A program made the translations under genes and the position numbers. DNA of 64,000 nucleotides from Prasinococcaceae sp. CCMP 1430. Its lineage: Eukaryota > Plantae > Prasinodermophyta. Each line of letters opens with the position of its first letter. Position 1 is the stretch's first letter. Where the stretch lies: assembly GCA_013416795.1 (NCBI GenBank), contig RQSC01000010.1, positions 310,029 through 374,028 of the forward strand, given 5' to 3'. Positions 39,246-54,667 of the stretch are shown in pieces. Under the pieces are notes generated by a model. That model made no database searches and had not been told where the DNA came from. It saw only the letters and a program-made list of their open reading frames with translations.

Positions 39246-39602
39246 TTAAGCAGACTCTCGCACTGCGATAGCAATGGAACAAGTCGGTTTGCGGATTGGA
39301 AAACCGCGCCCCTGTGCTCTTGGGCGAAATCGTTTTAGAACCGGACCTTGGTTTACTTGAGCTCCACTGACGTAGAGCTTCGATTTCATCATACCAAAAT
39401 TTTGACTGGCATTTGCTGCAGCTGAGCTCAATACTTGCAGTACTGGATAGCATGCTTTGTAAGGCATAAATTCTAAGAGCATTAGGGCTTGCTCATAAGA
39501 ACAGCCACGAAGCTGATTAATGACTCTGCGGACTTTATGAGGAGACATGCGAACACGTTTTGCCACCGCTTGGGCCTCGAAAAGCAAGACATCTTTTTTC
39601 AT
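39246..39602 (-). CDS. rpl22: Ribosomal protein L22
   Basis: [26 protein letters not shown]. Confidence 0.96.
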   Translation of the reverse strand: MKKDVLLFEAQAVAKRVRMSPHKVRRVINQLRGCSYEQALMLLEFMPYKACYPVLQVLSSAAANASQNFGMMKSKLYVSGAQVNQGPVLKRFRPRAQGRGFPIRKPTCSIAIAVRESA

Positions 39603-39613
39603 CCTAATACCTC

Positions 39614-39892
39614 CTAACGGCGGGATTTCTTATCACTTTTCACATGCCCCTGAAATGTACGAGTGGGAACAAATTCTCCCAACTTGTGACCAATCATAAG
39701 ATCGGTCACGTAAATGGGCAGGTGCTCCCGTCCGTTGTGAACAGCAATAGTATGCCCGATCATGCTAGGCACAATTGTAGATGCACGGGACCATGTGACA
39801 ATAACCCGCTTTTCTCCACGGGCATTCAAACGCTCAACCTGCTTTAGTAAATGATCTGCAACAAAGGGCCCTTTTTTTAATGAACGTGTCAT
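39614..39892 (-). CDS. rps19: Ribosomal protein S19
   Basis: [26 protein letters not shown]. Confidence 0.97.
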   Translation of the reverse strand: MTRSLKKGPFVADHLLKQVERLNARGEKRVIVTWSRASTIVPSMIGHTIAVHNGREHLPIYVTDLMIGHKLGEFVPTRTFQGHVKSDKKSRR

Positions 39893-39939
39893 GGCCAACT
39901 GTAGTTTGAGGCGCCTTGCGCCTAATAAAATGATAAGTG

Positions 39940-41424
39940 CTATGCTCGTTTACGACGGCGAAGAATTAGGGCATCACTGTATTTATGGAGAGGTCGACTT
40001 CTTTGCCCTAGGGTTGGACGACCCCATGGTGTTAAAGGACGTTTGCGTCCAATAGGAGCGCGTCCCTCTCCTCCTCCGTGAGGATGGTCAGCAGCATTCA
40101 TGACTACTCCTCTAACCTTAGGACGTTTGCCAAGCCAACGTTTGGCGCCAGCTTTCCCTAAACTCCGATTACTAGCATCAACATGACCAACTTGACCTAC
40201 AGTGGCCACGCATGTTTGAGGCACCAAGCGCACCTCTCCTGAAGGAAGCCTAAGAGTAGCTGTACGCCCTTCTTTAGCTATCAATTGGGCTACAGCACCG
40301 GCAGCTCTGGCCACCTGTCCTCCTCGACCAGGTTGAAGCTCAATATTGTGCACAGCTGTGCCTAAAGGTATGTTGGTTGAAGTAGGCAGATGGAGAAAAA
40401 AAGGAGTTACGCCCCTCTTCTGTCCATCTACCCCTTCCCAAACTGTACAAGCCTCTCTCAAGGCATACAGCTTTCCAGACATTCTGAATGGAAAAGCCCA
40501 GGTACTTAAACCGTACTTGGACTTTCTTCCAAACCGATTAGTGTCTTAGGTGCTTTCGCCCTCACCTGGCTTCTGACATTTTTCAGTAAGCTCAGCATGA
40601 AATGAATTTACTGACCATTGATCTTGTATTTTTCTTATTTGTTACAACTTAGGAAGCACTTTCGACACTGCTCTCTTGCTCAAAGCAAAAGGTACGATCT
40701 TTCACAGCTTGACTCCGAATTTGTCTCTGACCATCAAATCGGATGTGAATTCTTGGCCTCTAATGAAGATAAGTGTACTTAAAATTTTCCATCTTCAAAG
40801 AGTTTATGAATAGTGTCTATGTTTGAGGCTATTCAGCCTTTTCCCTATTGCTTGATTCCCAGGATACTCATGGTATCCACTCACAAGCTATTTTCCCCCA
40901 TTGGTTGTCCTCCGAGGTTTTGCCCAGCTAAATGTCTCTTGCTGAGCTAAGTGATGGGTGTGTAAGCCTTGCTAGCTAACCTTTTTGGGTTGTCTCCAAA
41001 CACATTGATCAGTAATTCATACCGCACTCAGAGGCAACGCATTCCCTGCCAAAATGGCAGCTTCAGGGCCAGCCATAACCCTATCTCCAATTTGTACCCC
41101 CCTAGGATGCACTAAATATCGTCTTTCTTGATCGTCATATTCAATAAGACAAATCCGAGCGTTCCTGTTAGGGTCATACTCAATACTTAGCACTGTACCC
41201 CCAGTGGCAAGCTTATCGCGTCGAAAGTCTATTCGGCGGTACAAGCGTTTGTGTCCACCACCCCTGTGGCGACTAGTAATCACACCCCGATGGTTACGCC
41301 CTTTGGGCCGATGTGGTTTTGACGTCAGCTTCTTTTCAGGTCGAGCAGCACTGATCTCCGCAAATTGTGAAATGCTCCGATTGCGGGTTCCTGGGGTGTA
41401 GGCTTTATATAAACGAATGCCCAT
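39940..41424 (-). CDS. rpl2: Ribosomal protein L2; exons 41028-41424 and 39940-40376, 277 aa
   Basis: GNALPL-A|CC-TNIPLGT junction at the land-plant intron position. Confidence 0.96.
40377..41027 (-). other. Group IIA intron in rpl2, 651 nt
   Basis: 5' GTGCGG, domain V AAGCTGTATGCCTTGAGAGAGGCTTGTACAGTTT at about 40440-40473, 3' CTACTTCAA. Confidence 0.92.
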
Positions 41425-41492
41425 AATCGTAGGATAAATACTTCAATATATGATTGGATGACACTTCTAATATGTCTTGCTCTCAGCACTCA

Positions 41493-41756
41493 TTACATAC
41501 GAAGAAAATAAGGATAGCGTACGTTCACAATCATACGCTTATATCTTGCCCGATGTCCCACGTTGGCACCCATGCGCCGAACTTTAGGTGATGAGCGCAA
41601 ACTATTAATTCCACTCACTTTGACTTTAAAGACACGCTCAACCCAATTCTTGACATCCGTTTTTGTAGCCTTTGAATCTACCTCAAAAGTATATTGGCGG
41701 TATCTTAATAGATCAATGGCTTTGTCTGTAAACACAGGAGTCTTAACTGTATCCAT
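41493..41756 (-). CDS. rpl23: Ribosomal protein L23, divergent C-terminus
   Basis: PVFTDKA, QYTFEVD, KVKVSGINS, YKRMIV. Confidence 0.88.
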   Translation of the reverse strand: MDTVKTPVFTDKAIDLLRYRQYTFEVDSKATKTDVKNWVERVFKVKVSGINSLRSSPKVRRMGANVGHRARYKRMIVNVRYPYFLRM

Positions 41757-42072
41757 ATTCGCATGCCTCACTCTTTCATCTAGATTTTAGGTCTTAAATT
41801 TTGCCTAAACTAGGTTAACAACTTTCAAAAACAAAAGATACCAGAAAAAACTCATTATCATGAAAAAACAGGCATCAGTCATCCTGTCTTGTTCTGTTTT
41901 TAACCTCCAAGACCAGCTAAAGTAATTGAATTTTAACTGTCCATCTAGAAAAAAACATGCTTTTAGACTAACAGAAGACAAGAGGTTATCTGCTAACGAA
42001 TTAAGGTATTTTTGAATATTTGATGTACAAGACCACAGGACATCAACAGAACAAGCTAGACTAAACAAAATC

Positions 42073-42146
42073 TGCATCCAGCAGGGTTCGAACCTGCGAA
42101 GTGCCCAATTATGAGTCGGGTGCTTTAACCACTCAGCCATGGATGC
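42073..42146 (-). tRNA. trnI-CAU: tRNA-Ile(CAU)
   Basis: GCATCCATGGCTGAGTGGTTAAAGC...CTCATAA...GGATGCA, upstream of rpl23. Confidence 0.93.
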
Positions 42147-42290
42147 AGGAAAAACACAGCATGGCACTAACAGTCATTTAGAAGCTAGTGGCTAGTGCTC
42201 AAGCGAATATGGCTATTATACTTGCTTCATTCTGCTTTATTTGAAGATGGTTGATAGCACCACAAATAGTCAGAAAAAGTCTACTGGCCA

Positions 42291-42362
42291 TAGGGACAAT
42301 CAGGTTCGAACTGATGCCTTCCACCACGTCAAGGTGGCACTCTACCGCTGAGTTATATCCCC
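42291..42362 (-). tRNA. trnV-GAC: tRNA-Val(GAC)
   Basis: GGGGATATAACTCAGCGGTAGAGTGCCACCTTGACGTGGTGG... Confidence 0.94.
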
Positions 42363-42560
42363 TTAAAAAGAGTTTCCACTTATGCTTAAGTTATAGGGGT
42401 CAGCCAATCACACAAATAGCGCGCTCTTTTCTATTTTAAGCTATCATAATACAAACCATCTTGACCATAATTTCTTTCTAACTAAGAGAAAATGGTCTGT
42501 ATCTAAGATACTCTTTTCGACCTGGTCTGACCTAACGTATCTTTCGGAGCTCGCTTTTTT

Positions 42561-42634
42561 TCGGAGCAGCGGGATTTGAACCCACGACCTCCACCACCCC
42601 AAGGTGGCACGCTACCAAGCTGCGCCATGCTCCG
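42561..42634 (-). tRNA. trnP-GGG: tRNA-Pro(GGG)
   Basis: CGGAGCATGGCGCAGCTTGGTAGCG...TTGGGGT...GCTCCGA. Confidence 0.94.
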
Positions 42635-42764
42635 CGCGCATCCGCAACTCAATCATCGCATATTATAGACCAAATGCCAACCCTAGGTCATTGGCCTAAA
42701 ACCATACTGAGTTTGACCAGACTCGGTGCTTGCTGTCAAGACTGAAAAAAGAAGTGCCTGGATT

Positions 42765-42803
42765 GGGGGCTGTCTGCTCAGTTGAACTGAGCAGACAGCC
42801 CCC
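42765..42803 (-). terminator. GC-rich perfect hairpin 3' of psbA
   Basis: GGGGGCTGTCTGCTCAGTT-G-AACTGAGCAGACAGCCCCC. Confidence 0.8.
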
Positions 42804-42835
42804 ATCCTAATCCGATGCTGGGCTAGCAAAAAGCC

Positions 42836-43954
<1,119 letters not shown>

Positions 43955-44719
43955 TTATAAGTTATTCTGACACATAGTCAATGCTAGCGTCAACTATATT
44001 TTGTGGATATTAGTCGAAAATACAAAAGACCGGTTATAATTTAATTATTTTCATCTACTTGGCCCCGCCAGCTATAAAGTAGCATGTCGTCAAAGTAAGC
44101 CTTTGAAGATGCGGTAAAATAAACTATATCGATTAACGTGCATGAAACTTCAAAAAAAAAGATCTTTTCCAATTTTTCACTTTTCATATCAACGATCTTC
44201 CTTCCTGCTTCGAAATAACCAAAATATCTCTTTACCAACTTAGATAGCTCTAAGAACACTCAATTTTTTGTCTAAAATGAAAATTAATAAATCTAAAATT
44301 GGAGAGTTCTAGCCATCAATATTTAGCTTTCAGTTTGAAAAGCAAATATTGACTTTACATGACATGGACGGATTTTTCATTAACAGCCTATGTCGTGTTT
44401 CTAATCACTGTGATTAGACTAAAAAAAGCTAGCAAAACGCTGTTTGTACTTTGTGTTACCAACCATGGAAAAAATAACCATTACAAAATATGAAAAAGAA
44501 AAAGTCAGGTTTATGGATTTTTCTTTTTCATATTCCTAAGACTGTCCTAATTCGCTTTGCGTATTTTTCTACAAACGATAAGTTGCTTTCACCACCTTTA
44601 TTTTAATGTAGCCGAACCAGACTTGGCATCAAGTAAAGACCCATTTCTAACTAGAATAGAAAAAAAGAGAAGTGTCTGCATACTTTGGCTTTGTTGGCCT
44701 TTGGCTTTTTGACGGTATA

Positions 44720-44748
44720 TTGACACGTTGTAGCATCTGTGCTACAAT
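44720..44748 (+). promoter_or_regulatory. Sigma70-type promoter for trnF
   Basis: TTGACA-17 nt-TACAAT. Confidence 0.7.
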
Positions 44749-44760
44749 CGGATTGTCTCA

Positions 44761-44833
44761 GCCAGGATAGCTCAGTCGGTAGAGCAATGGACTGAAAATC
44801 CATGTGTCACCAGTTCAAACCTGGTTTCTGGCA
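44761..44833 (+). tRNA. trnF-GAA: tRNA-Phe(GAA)
   Basis: 73-nt cloverleaf, loop CT-GAA-AA. Confidence 0.95.
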
Positions 44834-45175
44834 TGTTGGTCTTACTTTGAATCCATGACTAGTTTAGTAATAGTTTTTTGTCTTGGCACAAAAAGGTCTA
44901 TAGTTGCAAAATAGATAGGCCTTTTTGGCCTAGACAAGCTCAGTTTGTTTGCTCGCCAGGCATTGGCTATTGTGGCTCTTTTTTTTTGCTCCCAAACTTT
45001 TGGATAACACAGTCAGAGCATAAAACAAGTCCAGTTCATCAGTTCGCTAGTTCCCTAAGGCATAAAAAGAAGACGTGATTTACTAGAAACCTCAGCAAAC
45101 AGCGTACCCTCATAAATAAACAGTCAGAACTATGCTGTTTACTGAGATTTCCAGTAAATTCGTTTATCAAGCAAA

Positions 45176-45682
45176 CTAGTGAGCGTTTTGTAGCTCGTAA
45201 AAATCGGGAGTAATATAATCCTTGCGTAAAGGCCAACCTAACCAAGTATCCGGCATTAAAATTCTTTTTAGATGCGGATGATCTGTATAAAGAATACCTA
45301 GCATATCATAAGACTCTCTTTCTTGAAAATCTGCACTTTTCCATACCCAAAAGATGGAAGGTACCTCAGGAGTATCCCGAGGAACAAACAGTTTGATGCA
45401 GACTTCTTCTGGCTGGTCGGCCAAATCAGACAATCTAGTCAAGTGGTACACACTGACGAGAAGCTCTCCCGGGCCAAGATCGTAGGCTGACTGGCAACGC
45501 AAATAGTTGAAACCATAGGCATATAATGCCACGGCTACTGAAGGCCAATCTTGAGGCTTGACCTCCAGAATTTCCACACCTTGATAATCAAAGCCCAAAG
45601 GGCGATGGGCTAGCCCATACTCTAGGAGCCAACTAGAAATTCGCCCCTGCGGACAAGTATGGTTAACGGAGGAATCTGTCAT
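45176..45682 (-). CDS. ndhJ: NDH subunit J
   Basis: [31 protein letters not shown]. Confidence 0.96.
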   Translation of the reverse strand: MTDSSVNHTCPQGRISSWLLEYGLAHRPLGFDYQGVEILEVKPQDWPSVAVALYAYGFNYLRCQSAYDLGPGELLVSVYHLTRLSDLADQPEEVCIKLFVPRDTPEVPSIFWVWKSADFQERESYDMLGILYTDHPHLKRILMPDTWLGWPLRKDYITPDFYELQNAH

Positions 45683-46478
45683 TTTCTTCCTCCTGAAGAG
45701 TAGTTAATCTGGCTAATGATTGAGTTTTGCTGAGCAAGAGAGCGGAATCTGGATTTTGTGCAGTTAAAGTGTCATTTGGTAAGAGTTGTAAGTGTTTAAA
45801 AAGAGTTTGACTAGGACTTTCTCGAGCAGGCTGTTGCAGGTAAAGTCCGGTATGTACTGCTGGCATAGCTTTCAATCTATGCTTAACACTGAAATATCTT
45901 GGTTTTGGCAGTGGTCTAGATAAAGCTGCTCGATTTTCTTGAGCTACTTTTTTACGCAATTTGATGACCGCATCTATGATTGCTTCAGGTTTTGGTGGAC
46001 AGCCGGGAAGGTAAAGATCCACTGGAATCAGCTTGTCTACACCTCGGACCGTACTATAAGAATCCGTGCTAAACATGCCTCCAGTAATAGTACATGCTCC
46101 CATGGCAATTACGTATTTAGGTTCAGGCATTTGTTCGTATAGCCTGACTAAGGAAGGAGCCATTTTGAGCGTCACGGTGCCGGCAGTAATAATCAGATCG
46201 GCTTGCCGCGGGCTAGAACGTGGTACCAGACCATACCTATCAAAATCGAAACGGGAACCAATTAAAGAAGCAAATTCAATAAAACAACAACTTGTTCCAT
46301 AAAGTAATGGCCACAGGCTGGCTAACCTAACCCAATTGGATAGGTCTGCTAAAGTAGCTAGGACTATAGAATCTGACGTAGCTACCTCTGCGGGTCCAAG
46401 GGCCAGGGTATTGACCAGTGATGTTTCTGGCGTTTGCAAAGTGTCGTGCCTTACTGTAGTGAGGGGGGTTATGACCAT
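45663..46478 (-). CDS. ndhK: NDH subunit K
   Basis: [27 protein letters not shown]. Confidence 0.96.
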   Translation of the reverse strand: MVITPLTTVRHDTLQTPETSLVNTLALGPAEVATSDSIVLATLADLSNWVRLASLWPLLYGTSCCFIEFASLIGSRFDFDRYGLVPRSSPRQADLIITAGTVTLKMAPSLVRLYEQMPEPKYVIAMGACTITGGMFSTDSYSTVRGVDKLIPVDLYLPGCPPKPEAIIDAVIKLRKKVAQENRAALSRPLPKPRYFSVKHRLKAMPAVHTGLYLQQPARESPSQTLFKHLQLLPNDTLTAQNPDSALLLSKTQSLARLTTLQEEENDRFLR

Positions 46479-46831
46479 TCTAATGCTCCTTTACGCCATG
46501 CATACACCAAACCAATCAAAAGAATTAACAAAAAAAGAAGTATTTCCAAAAAGGCTAGCACACCAAGCTGATCAAAGTTTAATGCCCACGGATACAAGAA
46601 TACCGTTTCAACATCAAAAATAACAAAGACCAAAGCAAACATATAATAACGAATCTGGAACTGGATCCAGGAACCTCCCATCGGCTCAATACCCGACTCA
46701 TATACCGTACGTTTCTCTGGACTCTGGCTACTCACTGAAATTAGTCTAGATATAGTAATGGCTAGAACAGGGATGACAGTGGCCAGAAGTAGAAATGCCC
46801 AAAAATGTTCATACTGAAAGGATCTATCCAT
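46469..46831 (-). CDS. ndhC: NDH subunit C
   Basis: [34 protein letters not shown]. Confidence 0.96.
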   Translation of the reverse strand: MDRSFQYEHFWAFLLLATVIPVLAITISRLISVSSQSPEKRTVYESGIEPMGGSWIQFQIRYYMFALVFVIFDVETVFLYPWALNFDQLGVLAFLEILLFLLILLIGLVYAWRKGALEWS

Positions 46832-47094
46832 AAACTAAAACAAATTTGTGTGTAGATAAGCACAGCTTTGGACATCAGCCCGGGAGACTTACTTGGAACT
46901 TGAGGTCAAACTAGTGTTTTTTATTTCTATAAAAAACAGAGATTGCTAGTTTTGCCTTCTGCCGTTTGGCGTCTGCAAAAAGTGCTCAGAAAATAAAGAG
47001 CTAAAATGTCTTTCTTGGCAATCCTACAAAGCAGCCTAACATATATTATGTCTTGGTCTGTTTTTTTGCTGATTCTGTAACTACAAAGAACAAA

Positions 47095-47166
47095 TGGGGC
47101 TATACGGATTTGAACCGTAGACGTTCTCGGTGTAAACGAGGTGCTCTACCGCTGAGCTATAGCCCC
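47095..47166 (-). tRNA. trnV-UAC: tRNA-Val(UAC), intronless
   Basis: GGGGCTATAGCTCAGCGGTAGAGCACCTCGTTTACACCGAG...; TTGACA-17-TAAAAT promoter upstream. Confidence 0.95.
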
Positions 47167-47233
47167 ACGGATCATTTTAGCCATACCAGAAGTGGGTGTC
47201 AAGAGGAGCCCATGAAGACTAAAACTATACGAA

Positions 47234-47283
47234 CCGTAGTGGCAAGTTGACGAGTTCGAGGTACCCTCAACTTGCCACTACGG
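47234..47283. repeat. 17-bp perfect inverted repeat between divergent trnV(UAC) and trnM
   Basis: CCGTAGTGGCAAGTTGA / TCAACTTGCCACTACGG. Confidence 0.9.
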
Positions 47284-47310
47284 CTGAGCAGAGGGTACAA
47301 TGAAGAGTAA

Positions 47311-47383
47311 GCCTACTTAACTCAGCGGTTAGAGTGTCGCTTTCATACGGCGAAAGTCATTGGTTCAAGTCCAATAGTAGGCA
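47311..47383 (+). tRNA. trnM-CAU: Elongator tRNA-Met(CAU)
   Basis: GCCTACTTAACTCAGCGG...TTCATAC...GTAGGCA, between trnV and atpE. Confidence 0.94.
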
Positions 47384-47455
47384 AATGTGTCTGACCAGTG
47401 AAGCTCCAATATGCCTTGTAACCACTTAGTGTGTCGACCTTTTCTGACCTCCAAG

Positions 47456-47857
47456 CTACGAGCTAGCTGTGACAGCTTCTAATCTAGCTTTAGCTCTTTT
47501 AAAAGCCAAGTTAGCCTCAATGGCTTGTTTCCGCCCGTTGGCCTGGCTTAAACCAGATTGTGCTATTTGGAAGGCTTCTTGGGCCTCCTGAGGATCGATA
47601 TCACTAGCTTTTTCTGCCTCATTCACGAGAACGGTCATTTGATTGCTATCAATCATAGCGAATCCTCCCATTAGGGCCATAGTTGTCCATTGACTATCGC
47701 TGCGAACGCGCATGATACCCGTGTCTAAAGCGGTCAGCAAGGGAGCGTGATTTGCCAAAACGCCAATTTGCCCACTGTTGGTTGAAAGAATAATTTCTTG
47801 GGCATCAGAATTCCAAACAATCCGATTAGGAGCCATAACACGAAGGTGCAGTGTCAT
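47456..47857 (-). CDS. atpE: ATP synthase epsilon
   Basis: [28 protein letters not shown]. Confidence 0.97.
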   Translation of the reverse strand: MTLHLRVMAPNRIVWNSDAQEIILSTNSGQIGVLANHAPLLTALDTGIMRVRSDSQWTTMALMGGFAMIDSNQMTVLVNEAEKASDIDPQEAQEAFQIAQSGLSQANGRKQAIEANLAFKRAKARLEAVTASS

Positions 47858-47862
47858 TATGC

Positions 47863-49350
<1,488 letters not shown>

Positions 49351-49806
49351 CTATACAGACAATCTAGTTGTTCTGATCGAGGAAATCCTCTTGCATCAAA
49401 TCCATCGATTAATAGGGCTAGATCAAAGCGCGCTGCTTGCTAGTCTAGAAAACTTTTCATTTCATTGTAGAAAAGCCAGAACCAAGTAGTGACAACACTC
49501 TACAAACAAGAGTAAGGCAGGCCAACCTTTATTGACTGGTAAAACAGCAAACCAGGTTAAACAAAAGTATGTTGCCTTCTCGCAAAACTTGAAATTTTTG
49601 GCCTAGCCTCAAAACTGATCCCTGATAAAAAACTGAACAGGCCAGCCAATGGCCTCTATCCTTAACCCGCCTATTAGATTTAGATGCCCGGTAAAGTTGT
49701 TTCTATCCTAACCTAGGCCAATCCATCAGCCGAGATCATGTGGAATGATCCATATTGCCAGAGTTTACTTCCCAAAATACACTAGGAAGCTAAAAGACAT
49801 ACTTTA

Positions 49807-49878
49807 GCCCTAGTAGCTCAGTGGTAGAGCTATCGACTCTTAATCGACAGGTCGTAGGTTCGAACCCTACCTAGGGCA
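49807..49878 (+). tRNA. trnK-CUU: tRNA-Lys(CUU), near-identical copy of the 5055 gene
   Basis: GCCCTAG/CTAGGGC plus A73, loop CT-CTT-AA; 70/72 identical to 5055-5126. Confidence 0.85.
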
Positions 49879-49986
49879 GGGCTTAGGCTAAAATGAGCAT
49901 TAGCAAGTACTCTTGACTCTGCTTTAGGGCATCCAGTACACTTCTACTAGCTTACAGTAAGCATTTGTTAAGGAACAAATTTTTTT

Positions 49987-50057
49987 GCGGGTATGGTTTA
50001 GTGGTAGAATCTCTCCTTGCCAAGGAGGAGGTGCGGGTTCGATTCCCGCTACCCGCC
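49987..50057 (+). tRNA. trnG-GCC: tRNA-Gly(GCC)
   Basis: 71-nt GCGGGTA...TTGCCAA...TACCCGCC. Confidence 0.94.
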
Positions 50058-50373
50058 TTATGACAACTAGATTAAGCAAGTCGTTTTTTTTATCAAAGAT
50101 CTATCTAGTTATTTCTCAGATTAGACATAAACACACATCTAGCAGCTATCTGGCCCATTTGTCTAAGTTTGCAAAAATCTCAAGAATAAGTAGCTTGTGT
50201 GAGGTGGACAAAACAAAAGGCAAACTGGGTCTCCTGCGAAATCTTTTGAAACAAAGATAGATCGCTGTTTGAAGTAGCGCTAAAGACTGCAACAGCTTTA
50301 TGTTGACCAGACAAAACCTACTTGGAGATAGAATTTGGTGAGATCGACTTTACAGATCCGACCATAAACAGAT

Positions 50374-50447
50374 GGGCGGAGGCATGATTTGAACGTGCGA
50401 CCTCAAGGTTATGAGCCTTGCGAGCTACCAGACTGCTCTACTCCGCC
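50374..50447 (-). tRNA. trnfM-CAU: Initiator tRNA-fMet(CAU), atypical acceptor end
   Basis: TAGAGCAGTCTGGTAGCTCGCAAGGCTCATAACCTTGAGG core; convergent with trnG(GCC). Confidence 0.9.
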
Positions 50448-50875
50448 TAGCTAGATAAGCACTAATCCTATGATAACACAGACATACTCCAAGTCAATCC
50501 TCTGATCGCGGATTCCGTAAATAGCAATATGTTCTGAAATATACAGTAAGAAATCAGAGATATTTGCATTCATTTTTGAGTCATAATCTATCTTATATCT
50601 GTGGATTCTTATAGAGGACGTCTATGGCCAAAAATAATCTCCAGTTTCATAATTGTATGACCCAAAGTTTAGCACTTAATGCCAGTCAAATATGTTGGTG
50701 AAATCACACCAAATATAGAAATGGTTGCTATCTTCAAATCGTCAACGAATACCACCTTTCCTTTTATGTACTAAAAGAAAGTAGTGTGCTATAGGCGTAT
50801 ACTGGGTTCAATTAGAATGAGTTATAGCTAGATAAAAATGCGGTGCTTCAGATTAGGCTCTGTAAATGGGATGAA

Positions 50876-50929
50876 CCACTGGTGTGACTTCAACCCAATG
50901 CCTACATCAAGTTGAAGTCACACCAGTGG
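50876..50929 (-). terminator. 19-bp perfect inverted repeat 3' of psbC
   Basis: CCACTGGTGTGACTTCAAC / GTTGAAGTCACACCAGTGG. Confidence 0.75.
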
Positions 50930-51055
50930 ATTTTGGACATGGCAAACCCCCTTTTAAAGGCTTAGCCTACTTACTAGGCGTAGATCAAGGTGGTTTGTAT
51001 TCAGCATACTATTGGAAAGCTTAGTCTTCCAGGCTGGAGAAAAGAGTTGCACTAG

Positions 51056-53489
<2,434 letters not shown>

Positions 53490-53524
53490 TTACTCTCCCA
53501 CTATTTAAATCAGCTTTAAGCACT

Positions 53525-53556
53525 ATTCATTCATTCATTCATTCATTCATTCATTC
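53525..53556. repeat. (ATTC)8 microsatellite
   Basis: Counted directly. Confidence 0.95.
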
Positions 53557-53623
53557 ACTTAAACACGAGTGAGCAGCCCTGATCACATCCACAGGCTGCT
53601 CACTTGTATTTAAGTAAATGAAT
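53549..53623 (-). promoter_or_regulatory. Long imperfect hairpin upstream of psbD
   Basis: ATTCATTCACTTAAACACGAGTGAGCAGCC / GGCTGCTCACTTGTATTTAAGTAAATGAAT. Confidence 0.55.
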
Positions 53624-54075
53624 AACGCAGGCTAGCGGTGCTTTCTAACAAAGCCAAAAACTAGCCAAGGGCTGGGCAATATTGAAGTTGGATAGAAACA
53701 CAGTTGGCTTTTCTTTTCTTCCTAGTCTCCAAGTTTTTTGGTCTTGGAAAACCCACTTCTCGACAAAAACCTGGCTCAATTTGAGCACACGGTTAGATCT
53801 CCGTTTCTTCTCTAGTATAACTAGAGCTAAGGAGCAAAACAAATTAGCAATCTAGTGGTTAATACAGCACACATTTTCTAACCTTTGAAGTCAAGCAGGC
53901 CTGAAATGTCAACTCTAAACTGTTTAATACAGTTGGAGTTGCAGAAAAAAAGTAGACATAACCTCAGATCTATCTTGCAGATTCATTCTATCTTTTGAAA
54001 ATCCCAGACTGAAAATTGGAAATGAACATTGAAAAAACATGAAGTGATCATCTGCATTTTTCAGGAAATAGTAAA

Positions 54076-54147
54076 AGCCCTTTATCGGACTTGAACCGAT
54101 GACTTACGCCTTACCATGGCGTTACTCTACCGCTGAGTTAAAAGGGC
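54076..54147 (-). tRNA. trnT-GGU: tRNA-Thr(GGU)
   Basis: GCCCTTTTAACTCAGCGGTAGAGTAACGCCATGGTAAGGCG... Confidence 0.95.
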
Positions 54148-54619
54148 CACATGAACATTATCTAGCTTGTTTATAAAATACTTATGGAAAAAGCGGATGT
54201 CAAGTTTTACTTCCAATAAAGACAAGAAAAAGGAAGAAAAGACAAGAACTTTATTCATAAAGTTCTACTAGCAGCAGGTTTTGTAGGAAAACACAAAGGG
54301 TAAAACCCAAAAATCTTTTTTATTGCAAGAAAGCTAATAAGAGCACTTTGTTTTTTATCCTATTTGCTGAGTGTACTAGCTAACAAAAAAGAAAAAAACA
54401 TAACTCAAAAACAAATGAACTTTGTGTTTTTTAAACAGAAAGTCAATAAAAATGACAGATTCTAAATTAATGGATAAGCCATTTTGCATCTAATCATCTA
54501 CCACACATATATTTTTGGATTTCTGCAGGTGACTCCCCCCATAAAGAAAGGTCAAAAGCTTTCAAGATGTATCAAAAACAGTCACATTCGCTTGGCTTCT
54601 TTGGACAAACATTGTTCTC

Positions 54620-54648
54620 TTGACAATAGATCCATAAACCAATACAAT
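54620..54648 (+). promoter_or_regulatory. Sigma70-type promoter for trnE-trnY
   Basis: TTGACA-17 nt-TACAAT. Confidence 0.7.
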
Positions 54649-54667
54649 TAAGCTAGCTTGCTACAAA

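Noticed and set aside
40377-40482. ORF track 180-aa protein starting [12 protein letters not shown]
   Set aside because: The N-terminal 35 codons are intron domains V and VI read in frame with rpl2 exon 2.
41805-42167. 120-aa ORF, and similar ORFs at 47053, 49985 and 54813
   Set aside because: They overlap tRNA genes and have spacer-like composition.
42291-42634. trnV(GAC) and trnP(GGG) share almost the same anticodon arm, suggesting another recruitment
   Set aside because: Each matches its own canonical plastid gene over the full length as recalled; the arm similarity is ancestral.
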